A stretch of 63,730 nucleotides of DNA, the filler included, from Rhabdomonas costata (lineage: Eukaryota), in the NCBI GenBank assembly GCA_019059605.1. It is 58 parts of 58 records of this genome, joined end to end, with 100 filler letters (N's around TTAATTAATTAA, not from the genome) between each part and the next. Parts side by side here need not be neighbours in the genome. Positions count along the whole stretch, not along the records: positions 1 to 1,001 come from JAHMHO010034423.1; positions 1,102 to 2,103 come from JAHMHO010034424.1; positions 2,204 to 3,204 come from JAHMHO010034425.1; positions 3,305 to 4,305 come from JAHMHO010034426.1; positions 4,406 to 5,406 come from JAHMHO010034428.1; positions 5,507 to 6,507 come from JAHMHO010034429.1; positions 6,608 to 7,608 come from JAHMHO010034430.1; positions 7,709 to 8,709 come from JAHMHO010034431.1; 50 more parts are not named here. The stretch is one strand, 5' to 3'. A program made the position numbers and the translations under genes. The notes beneath the pieces were generated by a model that was given only the letters and a program-made list of their open reading frames with translations, did no database searches and was not told the DNA's origin. Below are positions 1 through 11,879 of the stretch, one piece after another (positions within the stretch are counted from its first letter, which is position 1; the number at the start of each line of letters is the position of its first letter).

Positions 1-1001
1 TTTGTTGGTTTTTTTCGGAGTGTTTGCATGCAAAATTGAAAGCGGAGAAGTGGTGTTACATAAGAACATTAGGTAGAATAGAAAAAGACGGGGGCGCGAA
101 AATCCTGTTATCCCATGTTGAAGCTATTCTTTGAAATATCTCTTTTTCGCGGGGTTTTTTTGCGTTGATGTATTGCTAAAATTATTTTTTATGCAACAAA
201 ATCAAAAGAAGTTTTCTGCCATGCAGGATTGTCAAAGTTCGTTTTTGCATCGATTTCTTCATTCCCTAGTCTTTTTTATTGCCTTGATTGGATGCCAAGT
301 AAGACATGGAAAACCACGGTCACTTCAATGGAGTTGCGCAAAAAGTCCTGTGCTGTTCAAAATCGTGACCAGAAACACCAGCAGCACAAGTTTTTCTCCC
401 TCCCCCACGTCGCTGCCTTCGTATTGTCTAATGATGATTATTAGAGCCAAATAACTCCTCTGTTTTGTATGATTTTATTTACACTTTTTGTCTGAGTTGT
501 GTAAGGTTGTGACACATGCTGTGATGTGACTTGCTTCTGCTCCAACTTTAAAGCAGGAGCAGGAGCTGCTGAAGCTTTGTCAATGTTACATACACCACCG
601 TACACACGGATAATTACTGCACCTTTCCTTATCTATTACATGTTCTTTCCATTAGTTAAGTAAACACGCCCATAGGAAAAACGCTAACTGCAAATAATTT
701 ACCAATGATATCATCATTTATATGCAAATTATTTCCCTATTATATCCTGCACCCACAGTTCATCTGAAGCAAAAGTTTTGCCACCAGTTTATTTAATAAT
801 CCCTGATTAATAATAACTACAATTCAATAATAACTTTTCAATGATAACTCTCACCTTCTTGTGCTCGGATCCACTGGCTAGTTGCTCCCCGCGACAGCGT
901 TCGAACGTGGCATGGTGAGAGGGGGAGGGGCCCCACGAACCCCATGATCGAGAAAAAACCGTACTGATATGGTAACGTCTGATACGCCTACCACCCTATC
1001 C

Positions 1002-1101
1002 NNNNNNNNNNNNNNNNNNNNNNNNNNNNNNNNNNNNNNNNNNNNTTAATTAATTAANNNNNNNNNNNNNNNNNNNNNNNNNNNNNNNNNNNNNNNNNNN
1101 N
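1002..1101. other. Artificial contig linker (first of 57, recurring about every 1.1 kb up to 62631-62730)
   Basis: N44 + TTAATTAATTAA (stops in all six frames) + N44, identical each time; the intervening contigs are 1000-1005 nt. Confidence 0.99.
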
Positions 1102-1108
1102 GGTGGTG

Positions 1109-1150
1109 GGGTTAGGGTTAGGGTTAGGGTTAGGGTTAGGGTTAGGGTTA
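1109..1150 (+). repeat. Telomere-type repeat (GGGTTA)7
   Basis: Seven perfect GGGTTA units at the contig start, followed by unique sequence. Confidence 0.95.
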
Positions 1151-1291
1151 CAAGAGGTAAGGGCAAAGTCGGGGGAAGGTGGCATCGCCTTGTGCGTGCA
1201 AGAGTTTAATGTTTTGTGGTTAGGAATAGCAGGGTAATATTTGTCTTCAGTTGGAAAACTGTGTGGTTTGGGGACATGAGGAAATGTTTAC

Positions 1292-1652
1292 CTTGGTCGA
1301 GTTCTTGGTGAAGTACATCGATTTTCTCATTAGTGTCGTCGGTGTCTGCAAAGTCGGAGATTCCAACAATGTCCAGGTACACGCGGCGGGATGGTCTGTA
1401 TCCTGAACATAGAAGATTGGTAAGGTCCATGGTTTCCATGTACTGCAGGATGTGGTAGGTAATGTTGTCGTTCAGGAGGTACAGGTAAGACATCTTTGGT
1501 CTCAAAGCTTCTCGCCGCGCAAGCAGAAGAATACTGAAGACAGCAGCGACATTTTGATTCCCGGATGCCATCAGATTCAGCATCTCTGAGCATAAAAGAA
1601 ACTCTCCCACAGAGCGGAGAATATCCACGGGTAAATCAAAGAATTGGGGCAT
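1292..1652 (-). CDS. Protein with two tandem F-box-like motifs (probable first exon)
   Basis: FFDLPVDILRSVGEFLLCSEMLNLMASG and LYLLNDNITYHILQYMETMDLTNLLCSG resemble the F-box consensus and each other; probable donor CAAG|GTAAAC near 1291. Confidence 0.5.
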
Positions 1653-3384
1653 GGAAAAGAACAGCTGTGATTGTTAGAATTAGAAAACGTAAAGAGGAGA
1701 AATGTCACGGTACAGACTATCACAGACGGAAAAGCAAGCGGATATTCTTTACAGAAAGTTAAACACAGCAATACAAATCAGGCCTTTTCTAGTTCACAAA
1801 TAACACGAAAAAGGCTTTGCTGACATTGCCAAACAAAACCGGAGGAAATTTCACAACAGTAGTTCAGTGTGTGTAGTGAGCCCCAAAAGCAACGGTACGA
1901 AGCAGCTATAAAGTGAAGTGAGCAAAGTAGAGTGACAAACGCTCACACGAACCGAGGGAGTAGTTGATTGCAATTTACAAACGCAAACATAACACACAAA
2001 ACTAGCAACCACAGTTCTCTACATATCACACTCTTCCAGTTCAAAAAACACGTGATTCCAGAAAGGGAAGGTCAGGAAAACATTGATTTCTTCCAAACCC
2101 CCCNNNNNNNNNNNNNNNNNNNNNNNNNNNNNNNNNNNNNNNNNNNNTTAATTAATTAANNNNNNNNNNNNNNNNNNNNNNNNNNNNNNNNNNNNNNNNN
2201 NNNGGTGTTTGTACTTTAAGCAGTTGCTTCATCTTGGAAGCTCGGTTTGGCCGTTGGTTTGGGTATAAAAACATTTGATTATGGGATTCCGCTTTTCAGG
2301 CGGGAACACACGCCAATTTAATCCGACATGGATCTAATGGCCCGAAAAGAAATGACCAATCGGACACCGGGAACAGCACCACATCCTTGAAAAACCGTTC
2401 GGCTATTTTGAAACCCGGACTTACCCCAAAGGCGGAATTTGAATTAGGAGCCTGGACGCCATCGGCCTGTTCGCTGCCCTGGGCCTTGCCGGTGTGCTGG
2501 CTCCGAAAATTAGTGCGTTGCAGTGCGGTGCAGCCCCACGCGCCCCATCGCACATATTTTTCATAATATTATGGAAACCAACCTCAGGTGGTCCACCTGG
2601 CGCGCTGATGATTCACCAACTTGGTCTTTTGAATATATACCTCATAGGCGCTAGTGCATTTATGCCCCCCCCCCTGGTAGGGTGAGCTGTGAAGTTTTTT
2701 TTGGTCCCCGTTCTGAGTTTGCAGGGGGTTAGGAGGTGATGCACGGTTCCCGGGATTAAAATTGAAGCTTTTGTGTGTGGAGGGGTACATCGCGAGGGGG
2801 GGCCATAAATACACTTACGCCACCTCATACTTGATATTCCTCTGGCTGGAAACCATTTCAGAAGCACCGGAAAAGACCAATGAAGAACCACATGGCTGAC
2901 GCTCAACCAGCACAGGAACACAGTGAGAGCTTCACCCATAAAATACACCTCCACCTCCCTTCGATAAATAGCAGCTGGTGGGGAGAGAAAAGCGAAATAC
3001 CCCACCCCCCAGAGGGATGGCCACCATCGGGTACAACGCCATTGCTCCCACGCTACCACTCCATCCCTCTGTTCGCTTAGCGGCCCGATGAACCAATTGG
3101 GCAAATTCAAGCATCCACCTTCAGCCCTCGTCCCACTTGCGCAGCTGCGGCCATTCCGGACGGCATGTTGCACAAATGCTTTGACCAATCACCCACGCAC
3201 CCACNNNNNNNNNNNNNNNNNNNNNNNNNNNNNNNNNNNNNNNNNNNNTTAATTAATTAANNNNNNNNNNNNNNNNNNNNNNNNNNNNNNNNNNNNNNNN
3301 NNNNTTTTTGTTGGCAAGGTTCGATCCAACCTGAGGGAGTTGGGGATGCAGAAATCATGTCACATACTTAATCTCACTGTTTAG

Positions 3385-3676
3385 GACTCTGAACGCGGTG
3401 GACGCCCTCGATAAGCAATCGTCGTCGACCACTGCGAGCAGCTCATTCCGGAGCGTGCCTTCTGCTGTGGGCCCCCGCTCCCGCAGCGGTGGCTCTGCAC
3501 ACCGCCTGAAGCCATCCGAATCGGTCGCCGCTCCCGCTGCCCTGGAAGCTGTCGCCACCACTGCCGAGGAATCCTCGCGGGCACTATTTGCAGGGCTACT
3601 TGTCGTGATCGTTGATGACAACGCGATCAACCGTCTGCTGCTGCAGAAGCTGGTGCAGATGTACTTCCCCTGCGAG
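3385..3676 (+). CDS. Exon with the start of a response-regulator receiver (REC) domain, probably a hybrid sensor protein
   Basis: LVVIVDDNAINRLLLQKLV matches receiver beta1-DD-N-xx-N-R; bounded by TTTAG| and |GTTGAC. Confidence 0.8.
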
Positions 3677-4405
3677 GTTGACCTGTTAGCCTTTGACAGT
3701 CGGTGTCGCTGGGCTTCTGGATGTTTCCACACGCACTTGTGATGTGTGTCTCTTTAAGGAGTGAAGTCGTCAACTGCATTGCGCGCTGCGTGCAGGTAAA
3801 GTGCGATGACCGATTCTTCAGAAGACCCTACGGAACTGAAAGAAGTCGCTGAGTGTGACGTCCACAGTTCGCAATTTGCAAACGAGGAAGGTCGAAGAAA
3901 AAAAGAAAAAAGAAGAAAAAAGAACGCCTTTCAAAATTTACTTTGGCAGTTTCCGATTGGCTCCTATGCTGCTGCTCTCCGAAACTTCGAAACTTCATTC
4001 TTCATTCTCGCTGGAAGAATGCTGGAATTGTGGGCCATTGATTAAGAGGTCGAAAGCCGACCCTTTACCCTCCCCCCACTCGCACAAACTCACACCGCAT
4101 CCTCACGCATCCGGTTGCAGCCTCACTTCTCGGACGCTCATCCACTGGCAAGCAAAAATAGGCAAGCGCGCTGGCACATCAATTAACATTAGGGATCCGA
4201 AGTCCGAAGTCTATAGCGTTTTGCCTTTCGCGTCTTGTGAAGTCCCCCACCCTACACTCCACACCCGCAGGTGGTCAGCCACGAGGATGGCCCGGCCGTT
4301 CTGGANNNNNNNNNNNNNNNNNNNNNNNNNNNNNNNNNNNNNNNNNNNNTTAATTAATTAANNNNNNNNNNNNNNNNNNNNNNNNNNNNNNNNNNNNNNN
4401 NNNNN

Positions 4406-4992
4406 TTGTTGTTCATTGTTACATAATTTGTGTCTGATATCTGTTTATCTTTATATACTATAAAATATATGATTATAGGACTTGTATCTTCTTGTATATG
4501 AGATAAATCAAATTCTACTGTTGATTTTCCACTATCATTTAATGATGCTTCTTTTTTATTTTTATTATCAAATTGCATTATACATTCATTTTCATTCTCA
4601 TTTGATGTAATTGACCCATGAGATACTTTCCGTGATCTTGATTCAGTTGTATCACTAAATACTGTCATTTCATCTTGATGTGACATATATGAATTATCAG
4701 TAATACTACTTTCTGATGCAATAATTTGCATATTTAACAATTCTATTTTTTGTACATAATGATTTAATATATTATGGTTTGTTTCATTACATACAAAATT
4801 TATTTTACCATATTCAGCATTATCAATTGTAATAATACCATTTTTTATATTTTTATAATCTTCAAAATCATTTACTTTACTTAATAATATGGTAATGTAA
4901 TATTTATCAAATGTATCATCTTTTTGAACTGTTCCAATTCCATAGAAATATCGTTCATTATAGTATATAACCGTATTGTAATTTGCTTCCAT
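4406..4992 (-). CDS. Intronless AT-rich hypothetical protein (3' truncated), possibly from a giant virus
   Basis: Open about 195 codons (MEANYNTVIYY...), rich in N/I/K/Y, in an extremely AT-rich contig unlike its neighbours. Confidence 0.7.
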
Positions 4993-5054
4993 CAATAATC
5001 AAAATATATATTTTGTCATAATTTTATTTTAACTGAATGTTTAATTTATTTATA

Positions 5055-5399
5055 TTACGAATGATCAATTTTTGAACACCATGTCGGTGTAATTGCTACA
5101 TTTATATGTTTCTTTGTTGGTGTAATAATCCATTTTTTCCTTTTATCATTTGGCGGTAAAAAATCATAATTTCTGAAATATAAAATATCATCAATATTTT
5201 GTGATCCACCAGAACAACAACCGAGTGACATTGAACATATTTTTTCACATGTTGTATTTTCCCATGTTTTATCATTATCAATACCAACATGTTTACTTAT
5301 AATTATTGGTTTATTATCTGTTTTACATTTACAGAATCCTGTTGTTTCATTAATTATTTGAGTATTTTTGTCATACCATGTATTATCTTTTGTGTTAAA
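5055..5399 (-). CDS. Intronless AT-rich Cys-containing hypothetical protein (5' truncated; absent from the ORF track)
   Basis: Manual translation FNTKDNTWYDKN...GFCKCK...CEKICSMSLGCCSGG...WCSKIDHS*; about 115 codons without a stop in very AT-rich DNA. Confidence 0.7.
   Translation of the reverse strand, partial: FNTKDNTWYDKNTQIINETTGFCKCKTDNKPIIISKHVGIDNDKTWENTTCEKICSMSLGCCSGGSQNIDDILYFRNYDFLPPNDKRKKWIITPTKKHINVAITPTWCSKIDHS
5065..5072 (-). promoter_or_regulatory. Candidate Mimiviridae-type early promoter AAAATTGA
   Basis: Exact octamer on the minus strand, about 73 nt upstream of the ATG at 4992; a chance match is possible in AT-rich DNA. Confidence 0.4.
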
Positions 5400-5529
5400 A
5401 AAACACNNNNNNNNNNNNNNNNNNNNNNNNNNNNNNNNNNNNNNNNNNNNTTAATTAATTAANNNNNNNNNNNNNNNNNNNNNNNNNNNNNNNNNNNNNN
5501 NNNNNNGTTGGTGGCGCTCCCCGTACTGT

Positions 5530-5730
5530 GCACCACGAAACCACAAGCGTTTTCTTCTGCTCGAGGCCCCATGGTGCTGAGTGCTTTCTCCAGGAGGGGC
5601 GGCAACCGGTTGAGAACTGAAAGCGGCCAAAGATGGTACCGTCATCCAGGTACCCAAGCCATCCAAATTGGCGGTTCACCATCGAGCGTTCAACCTCAGT
5701 GATCGCCTTGTGCAAAGCTAGAGAGAAAAA
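5530..5730 (-). mobile_element. Degenerate non-LTR retrotransposon RT fragment (CRE-like)
   Basis: FFSLALHKAITEVE...GYLDDGTIFG, then after frameshifts LSVLNRLPPLLEKALSTMG / GLEQKKTLVV; resembles RT motifs 4-6. Confidence 0.6.
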
Positions 5731-7147
5731 AGACTGAAAAAAGCCAGTTAGCGAGATTGATGTACACTGTTCAGGTGGGCTACTACTTCGGCGTCCGTCA
5801 CCCGCATGTTCGTGTGCTGTCGTCCGGCGGTGGGAGGCTGTCAGCGACCCCCACAGGACCAACAGCGGGCGGTTCGCGCAGCAAGTCCCCACCTGAGCAC
5901 TGAATCAGGTCCGGCCTCACTCCTCGCCGATCCTCGGTTCTCTTTGGGGGCAGCTTCACTTACAGTGGCACAATGCACACGTTGCAAGAACCTAGCAGCA
6001 ATGCTGGAAAGAAGCTCGCAAACAAGAACCAGGGGCCGCAAGACACAGGTGCGTTTCGACGTGGAGGGTGCGGCGGAGCAGCTTCAGCCTCTCGTGTGAA
6101 ATTAAAGGCCCCGCACGATTCGCTGTTTTGTTGTGCCAATAGCTGAAGTAAGATAATAACACAGCGCAAACTGTAAAACTCGACCAGGTGCTGGAAATTT
6201 CTGAGAATTTGGTGCTATCGTTCCGGATGGTACCGAGACCGTGAATATTGCCCACTGTTCACAATTCTGCGTGAAAGTAGGCACTATAGGAATTCACAAA
6301 AACTTGGATTGTACCCACTACACACAAATGAACAGTCGCTACTATCCTACCATACCTTTCACGTGTACCCTATACGAGTTTGGGTAGTGGGCACGGCGTA
6401 TAGTGAGGACCTCCAACAGACTGTTTGCAGGGGGTTAGAGGGCGAACAACGTTCCCTCAGACTTCCATTAGACTGTTTGCAGGGTGTTAGAGGCTATAAA
6501 CAAACAANNNNNNNNNNNNNNNNNNNNNNNNNNNNNNNNNNNNNNNNNNNNTTAATTAATTAANNNNNNNNNNNNNNNNNNNNNNNNNNNNNNNNNNNNN
6601 NNNNNNNGGGTGGTTGGAAAGGCTATCTTCTATGGCCGCCGAGAAGTTGAAGGTGTGTGATGGGGGTGGGAGCTTTTTTCCATGCCGTTCAGGCCAGGTG
6701 GTCGATGAAAACCTCTTACGAGCAGCGGTCTTGTGCAGCACACGTTTTGGAAGCGAACAGGCTCTATTAAGGGTGTCCTTTGGCGAGCTTTGTGCACAGA
6801 TGCTTTGTTCAATTCAGAGAAAGCTCATTTGTTGTTGTGTCGGGTTTCGGTTATGACAATGCGGTGTGGCTTTTCCTCCTTCGTATTTTTATGGGCTGGC
6901 ACTTTAGCGACTTACCTTTTGTGTCGCGGCAGGGTTTTTGTTTCGACAAGCTCAAGCCATGTGAAAGAGCTCAGCATAAACGTGAAGCCGTCGTGGCCTA
7001 GACAAAACCATGTCATTTTCCCACGGCTGCCTTAGAAAGTCAGGCACGAAAGACGTTCCCGTCGCCTTTTCTTTTTGGGCCCGAAAAGGGTAGTGGTTCC
7101 GACCTTTGACATGCTTTTCTTGTCGATGTGCTGCAAAATCTTTCTAG

Positions 7148-7572
7148 GACAACGTTGTTTGCCTCTCTGGCCTTGAGCGGGTGGTGCAAAGGCTTCGCCA
7201 GACTGCGAAGCAGACATGGGCCGAGCTTCAACGAGTGCTGCCTCCTGAGCAGATCAGCCAAATTGCGGAGGCAGCGTCTGAGGAGGAAGACGACTTTGCC
7301 TCGATGGAGCGCAGTCTGCAGCTTTGTGTGGAGGCTGCGAAGCAGCGGCTTTCATCTTTGGAGGACTCGCGGTGCGCACTGGAGCAGCAATGCTCGTCGC
7401 TGAGCATATCCAACGAGGCGACGAAAGACCGGCTTGTGGAGGCGGAGCGGAAGATGGCTGAACTTTCGGTGGACGTTGAAGCTCTGCAAGGTCGGCTTCA
7501 GCGTGCGGATGATGCCGAGCGAGAGCTTCGCGAAGAGCTGAACTCTCGCCGAGTCGAACTGGAGCAAGCTGC
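7148..7572 (+). CDS. Coiled-coil protein exon
   Basis: TTTCTAG| acceptor; E/L/R/A-rich heptad ORF; the 3' end is replaced by a fold-back copy of 7468-7497. Confidence 0.65.
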
Positions 7573-8817
7573 AGCCGACCTTGCAGAGCTTCAACGTCCA
7601 CCAAACCCNNNNNNNNNNNNNNNNNNNNNNNNNNNNNNNNNNNNNNNNNNNNTTAATTAATTAANNNNNNNNNNNNNNNNNNNNNNNNNNNNNNNNNNNN
7701 NNNNNNNNTTGTGGGTTGCGTACTGTTGATTTCGGTCGGGGCGCCACCTCCACCCTCAGCCCCAGCGAGGGCGGAGGTGGCGCCCCGACCGAAATCAACA
7801 GTACGCAGCCCACGACCAGTCCCAGCAGGAGGTGCAGCCCAAGCTGCACTGCAACCACGGGAAGCCCAAACATTGGTAAATTTTCCGGAGTGGTGTTTGT
7901 GGGTGTGGACAGCCGTGCCTAATGTGCAGCTCAGAAAAAATAGTAGGCCAGATACAGCGCTAAAAGGATAAGGGAATGGGGTGAATATCCCCAGGGCGGT
8001 GTTCTCAAAAACGGTGGGCAAAGTGCGCAAGTGAGTTTTCACGAGCATATCCCGGTATGTAGTAAAGGTTACGGCGGGTGTCAGATCAGGCAAAAGTTCA
8101 CAGGAAAGATCCGCACTCGGGCTGGGACGCAGCTTATTCCAGCAGGAAGGAGGGGGGCTATTTGTCTCCCCTCTGCCCAAAATAACGCTGCGGAGTTCGG
8201 GCAAGCGGATACGGACGAAATGGCATCGGAGTGCCTCAATTCGATTTCAAGAGCCAATCGAAACATCGTTGCGAGATCGTCCCAATCGTCACACGATATT
8301 TCCCTGAAAACAGAAATCCGTGCAATGTTAAAAGAATCACAAAAAGCTATGGGTGTGTCCTAAACAGAAGTCCTGCGGAGCCGAAAGAAGTCCTCGCAAT
8401 CCAGGGTCCGAGAACCCCCCTATTACCCTGTAAGCATAACATAAAGAAACACGGAATGCAGAGGGCTAAAATATCATACAGAAACAACTTGAGTGAAAAA
8501 GAAGACGCGAGTGCATGAATACGCTAAAGCAAAGAAAAAATATGAAAGATGGAGTGACGCGCGAATGAAAAGATGGAAACACAAAAAATGTCCCCCACAA
8601 CATACACGCGCGCAGCAAAATACTGAACCTCCCGAAGAGGCCCGGAATTTCGCGTACCACGCTGAGGATGGAAAACGAAAACCCAATGATTGCTGGAGAC
8701 AAAACCACCNNNNNNNNNNNNNNNNNNNNNNNNNNNNNNNNNNNNNNNNNNNNTTAATTAATTAANNNNNNNNNNNNNNNNNNNNNNNNNNNNNNNNNNN
8801 NNNNNNNNNTGGGGGGT

Positions 8818-8962
8818 GGTTCATCATGTCGAAGATCCTCTCTATCACTATCCTCGCATCGCCGTCATTGGAGCTGGCAATCAGGTTCTGCGCGGAAACC
8901 ACACCCACCTTCACCTCCACGATGAAGACAGTCGTCCCGGGAAACAACAGCGAGGAGATCAG
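8818..8962 (-). CDS. Exon of unknown protein
   Basis: TTTTGCAG| acceptor; GC3-rich frame LISSLLFPGTTVFIVEVKVGVV...IERIFDMMN. Confidence 0.4.
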
Positions 8963-10615
8963 CTGCAAAATCAGAAGCGCGGAGGAGCAAGAGTGTGCGT
9001 CCGTGTGGAGTGGGTACAAAACTCTCCGGCTGGGACAGCTCAAAGCGGCTAGATTCGAAAGAGGCTCTGGAAGTGTGTTTGTGGGCCTGTGCCGGGCGCA
9101 TTGCGCGCTGACTGTTGCCCGGTTGACTGGTTGCTTGGTTGTTGGTGACCACTCTGGCGCCACGCGCTGTTGGTCACGGGTGCTCGCGAGAGGTGCCGTT
9201 GGAGCGAGCGGTGCCGCGGGGAACCCGAACCGGCTCACCGCCGAACGTTCCACATGTGGTAACCTGAGTGTGTGTCTCTACGTTTGAGCAGTCCTCTGCG
9301 CAAGAACCTGCCGACCGCGGGGCCGGTGACATGGAGAGAAAATCAGGTGGTGTGCTTCGGGCACAGATGTCACAACCACCCAAACTTAACGACAAAAGCA
9401 GTCCTACGCGCAAACAGCAGCGTGGAGGTCAGCTGGGTGGAAAAGCTTTGCGGTCCGGGCGGCACATAGTGGCTCATCGGCGAATGGGAGTGAGAGCAAA
9501 AAGAGTGAGTGAGCGAGCGAGTGTCTGCGGCTGAATGAGTGGGTGTATGAGTGAGAGTGTTACGGCAACGGGAAAAAAGACTCGCATTCCTCCGTTCCCA
9601 TTTTTTTGCACTGAAACACGAAACAGCAAACAGCAAAATTCCGATGTCCGATTGCGAAAAAAAAAACACCTCCAGTACTACAAACGGCAAAACCAACCTT
9701 TGATGCAATACAAAAACACTTCAGAAGTTCAGACAAGACCTCAGTTGAGGCGAAAAATATACCACCGTTGCAACATGACACCCTATCGAAGAAAATAGAA
9801 AAAAAAACCCNNNNNNNNNNNNNNNNNNNNNNNNNNNNNNNNNNNNNNNNNNNNTTAATTAATTAANNNNNNNNNNNNNNNNNNNNNNNNNNNNNNNNNN
9901 NNNNNNNNNNTGTGTTTGTGTGACTGTTCCTGCGTAGTACCCTTGACTCCCATGCCTTCTCCGGTAGCTTGGCAGTCTGCGTGTGTGCTGCGTGATTCCT
10001 CCTTTCCTTCCTCTTCTCTTACGGTTTAAGATGGTAGAGCAGCATAAGTGCATTCCCACTTCAAAAATCCCTGTTGTCACCTGTTGCCAATGTTGGGAAG
10101 ATGGATAAAAAAGTGCTTTTCGTGTCGTGGGCAGTGTTTTTGTCTTCTGTCAGTGTTCATCTTCAGTTGCATATCCTGTTCGCACCATTCCAGACCTTCT
10201 CTACTTTTTCTTGCTGGGAAGCGGTTATTTAGCAGTACATACCTTCACTCCTTGGTGTCCGCCTGTCCACTTTCTCAGTACCACCACTATCTCCCATTCT
10301 GATCTCCCAATCCCCCATTCATGCACGCACCACTGATGTTGCTGATCTTCTACATTAAGAATTAACAACATCTGCTGGTATTGCACCTTCCCTTGGGTTT
10401 TGTTGTTCCTGCATTTTTGCTTAAACGGATGCTCTGTGCTTTTTATACCCTCCTTCTTCACTCTTTACTCAAGGGGGCTCAAGGCCTTCGGCACGTTTAA
10501 TGGCTGCCCTGCTGGTGCTTAATACCCTTTCGATGGCTTTCTGTTTCGTTTTTACCCTTCGCAGGGGGACCCTCGATATGTATTCCATTGCAATGCGATT
10601 GCTTTGTTTACTCAG

Positions 10616-10853
10616 GGGGCTGAAGGCCTTTGTGAAGTATGTGCCTTGGGATGTCGTGCGGATGATGCTGAACGGGGAGATGAGCTCCACCAATGCCATG
10701 GCGCGGTGCAAGGTGAGCATCCTGTTCATGGACATTGCTGGGTTCAGCACTCTGTGCGAGCAGATCGCTGTGGAGCGCCTAAATCTGGTCACGCAGGACT
10801 ACCTGCAGGCCATGTGCAAGATCATTGTGGAGTCCGGGGGTACCCTGGACAAG
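10616..10853 (+). CDS. Class III adenylate/guanylate cyclase exon
   Basis: GLKAFVKYVPWDVV...VSILFMDIAGFSTLCE...IIVESGGTLDK contains the canonical F-x-DI-x-GF and GG-x-LDK motifs; AG/GT bounded. Confidence 0.92.
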
Positions 10854-11287
10854 GTACACGCTGCGCTCCCTTTGTCAGAGAGTTTGGAGCGTGGACAGCC
10901 CTGCACCCCCCNNNNNNNNNNNNNNNNNNNNNNNNNNNNNNNNNNNNNNNNNNNNTTAATTAATTAANNNNNNNNNNNNNNNNNNNNNNNNNNNNNNNNN
11001 NNNNNNNNNNNCTTGTTCAACCCTACACTATCACTGCCGTTTTTTTGTCAATGCTAGGTCTCTGTCATAAAGCCAGCTGTGGTTCCACAAACGTTCTCAA
11101 CAAAACTCCCATCTCACTCCTACACCAGTACAAACACCTCGCTTCGGCGCATGTAAGAAATTTTGCTGCAAATAATTATTTGTTCAGAAAATTTGGACAC
11201 CCTGTATATACAAAGACCCAAAGCCTGCTTCGGCTACGCTTGTACACGCTTCAGTTTTGTGTGGGATCGGCCTGCTGCATGCTGCAG

Positions 11288-11879
11288 GTTCTGATCTGCG
11301 CACGGTGCTGAGAGCGGACAAGGCCCTTCCAGAGCAGACCGTAGTGACCTTCGGGCTGGACATCGCGGCTGGGCTGGCCTACCTGCACAGCCATGGCATC
11401 TTGTGCTGCGACCTGAAGCCCTCGAACCTGCTGGTCGACGGAAGCGGGGTGGTGAAGCTGGCGGACTTCGGCCTGGCCCGGCTGGTCAGCCGCTTGAATT
11501 ACTCCCCTGATTCGTCAACCGGGAGCCGGGTGGGCACCCCCAGGTCCCACATGCTCCAACTCAAACAGATACGGTCACGTAGAAGCAGAGGTGGTGAGGT
11601 TTGGAGACCCCCTCCCTAAGCTTTCTGGGCCGGACATGAATGCCATGCTTCGAAGGCGAGCTATATGTTTGACTCAATTGAGCTGTTGGTACCATTTCTC
11701 ACAGCTACATGGCCCCCGAGCTGTTCACGGAGGGCGGCGTGCACAGCTTCGCCTCGGACCTGTGGTCGTTTGGCTGCGTGCTGCTGGAGCTGCGCCTGGG
11801 CCGCCCGCCCTTCGCGGGGGCCTCTGTCGATGTCCTAATCGACGCCATTGTCAACACTCCGCTGGACCTCCCGGACACG
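11288..11879 (+). CDS. ULK4: ULK4/RUNKEL-like kinase, exons 11288-11543 and 11705-11879
   Basis: LHSHGILCCDLKPSNLL, DFG, spliced GTPS|YMAPELF..GGVHSFASDLWSFGCVL..GRPPF; Cys before the catalytic D and HSFASDLW are RUNKEL/ULK4 signatures. Confidence 0.85.

Noticed and set aside
4990..5019. In-frame ATG ACA AAA TAT ATA TTT TGA TTA TTG ATG suggesting TGA=Trp recoding
   Set aside because: The adjacent ORF uses TGG for all four Trp and neither ORF has an internal TGA, which is unexpected for an AT-rich code-4 genome.
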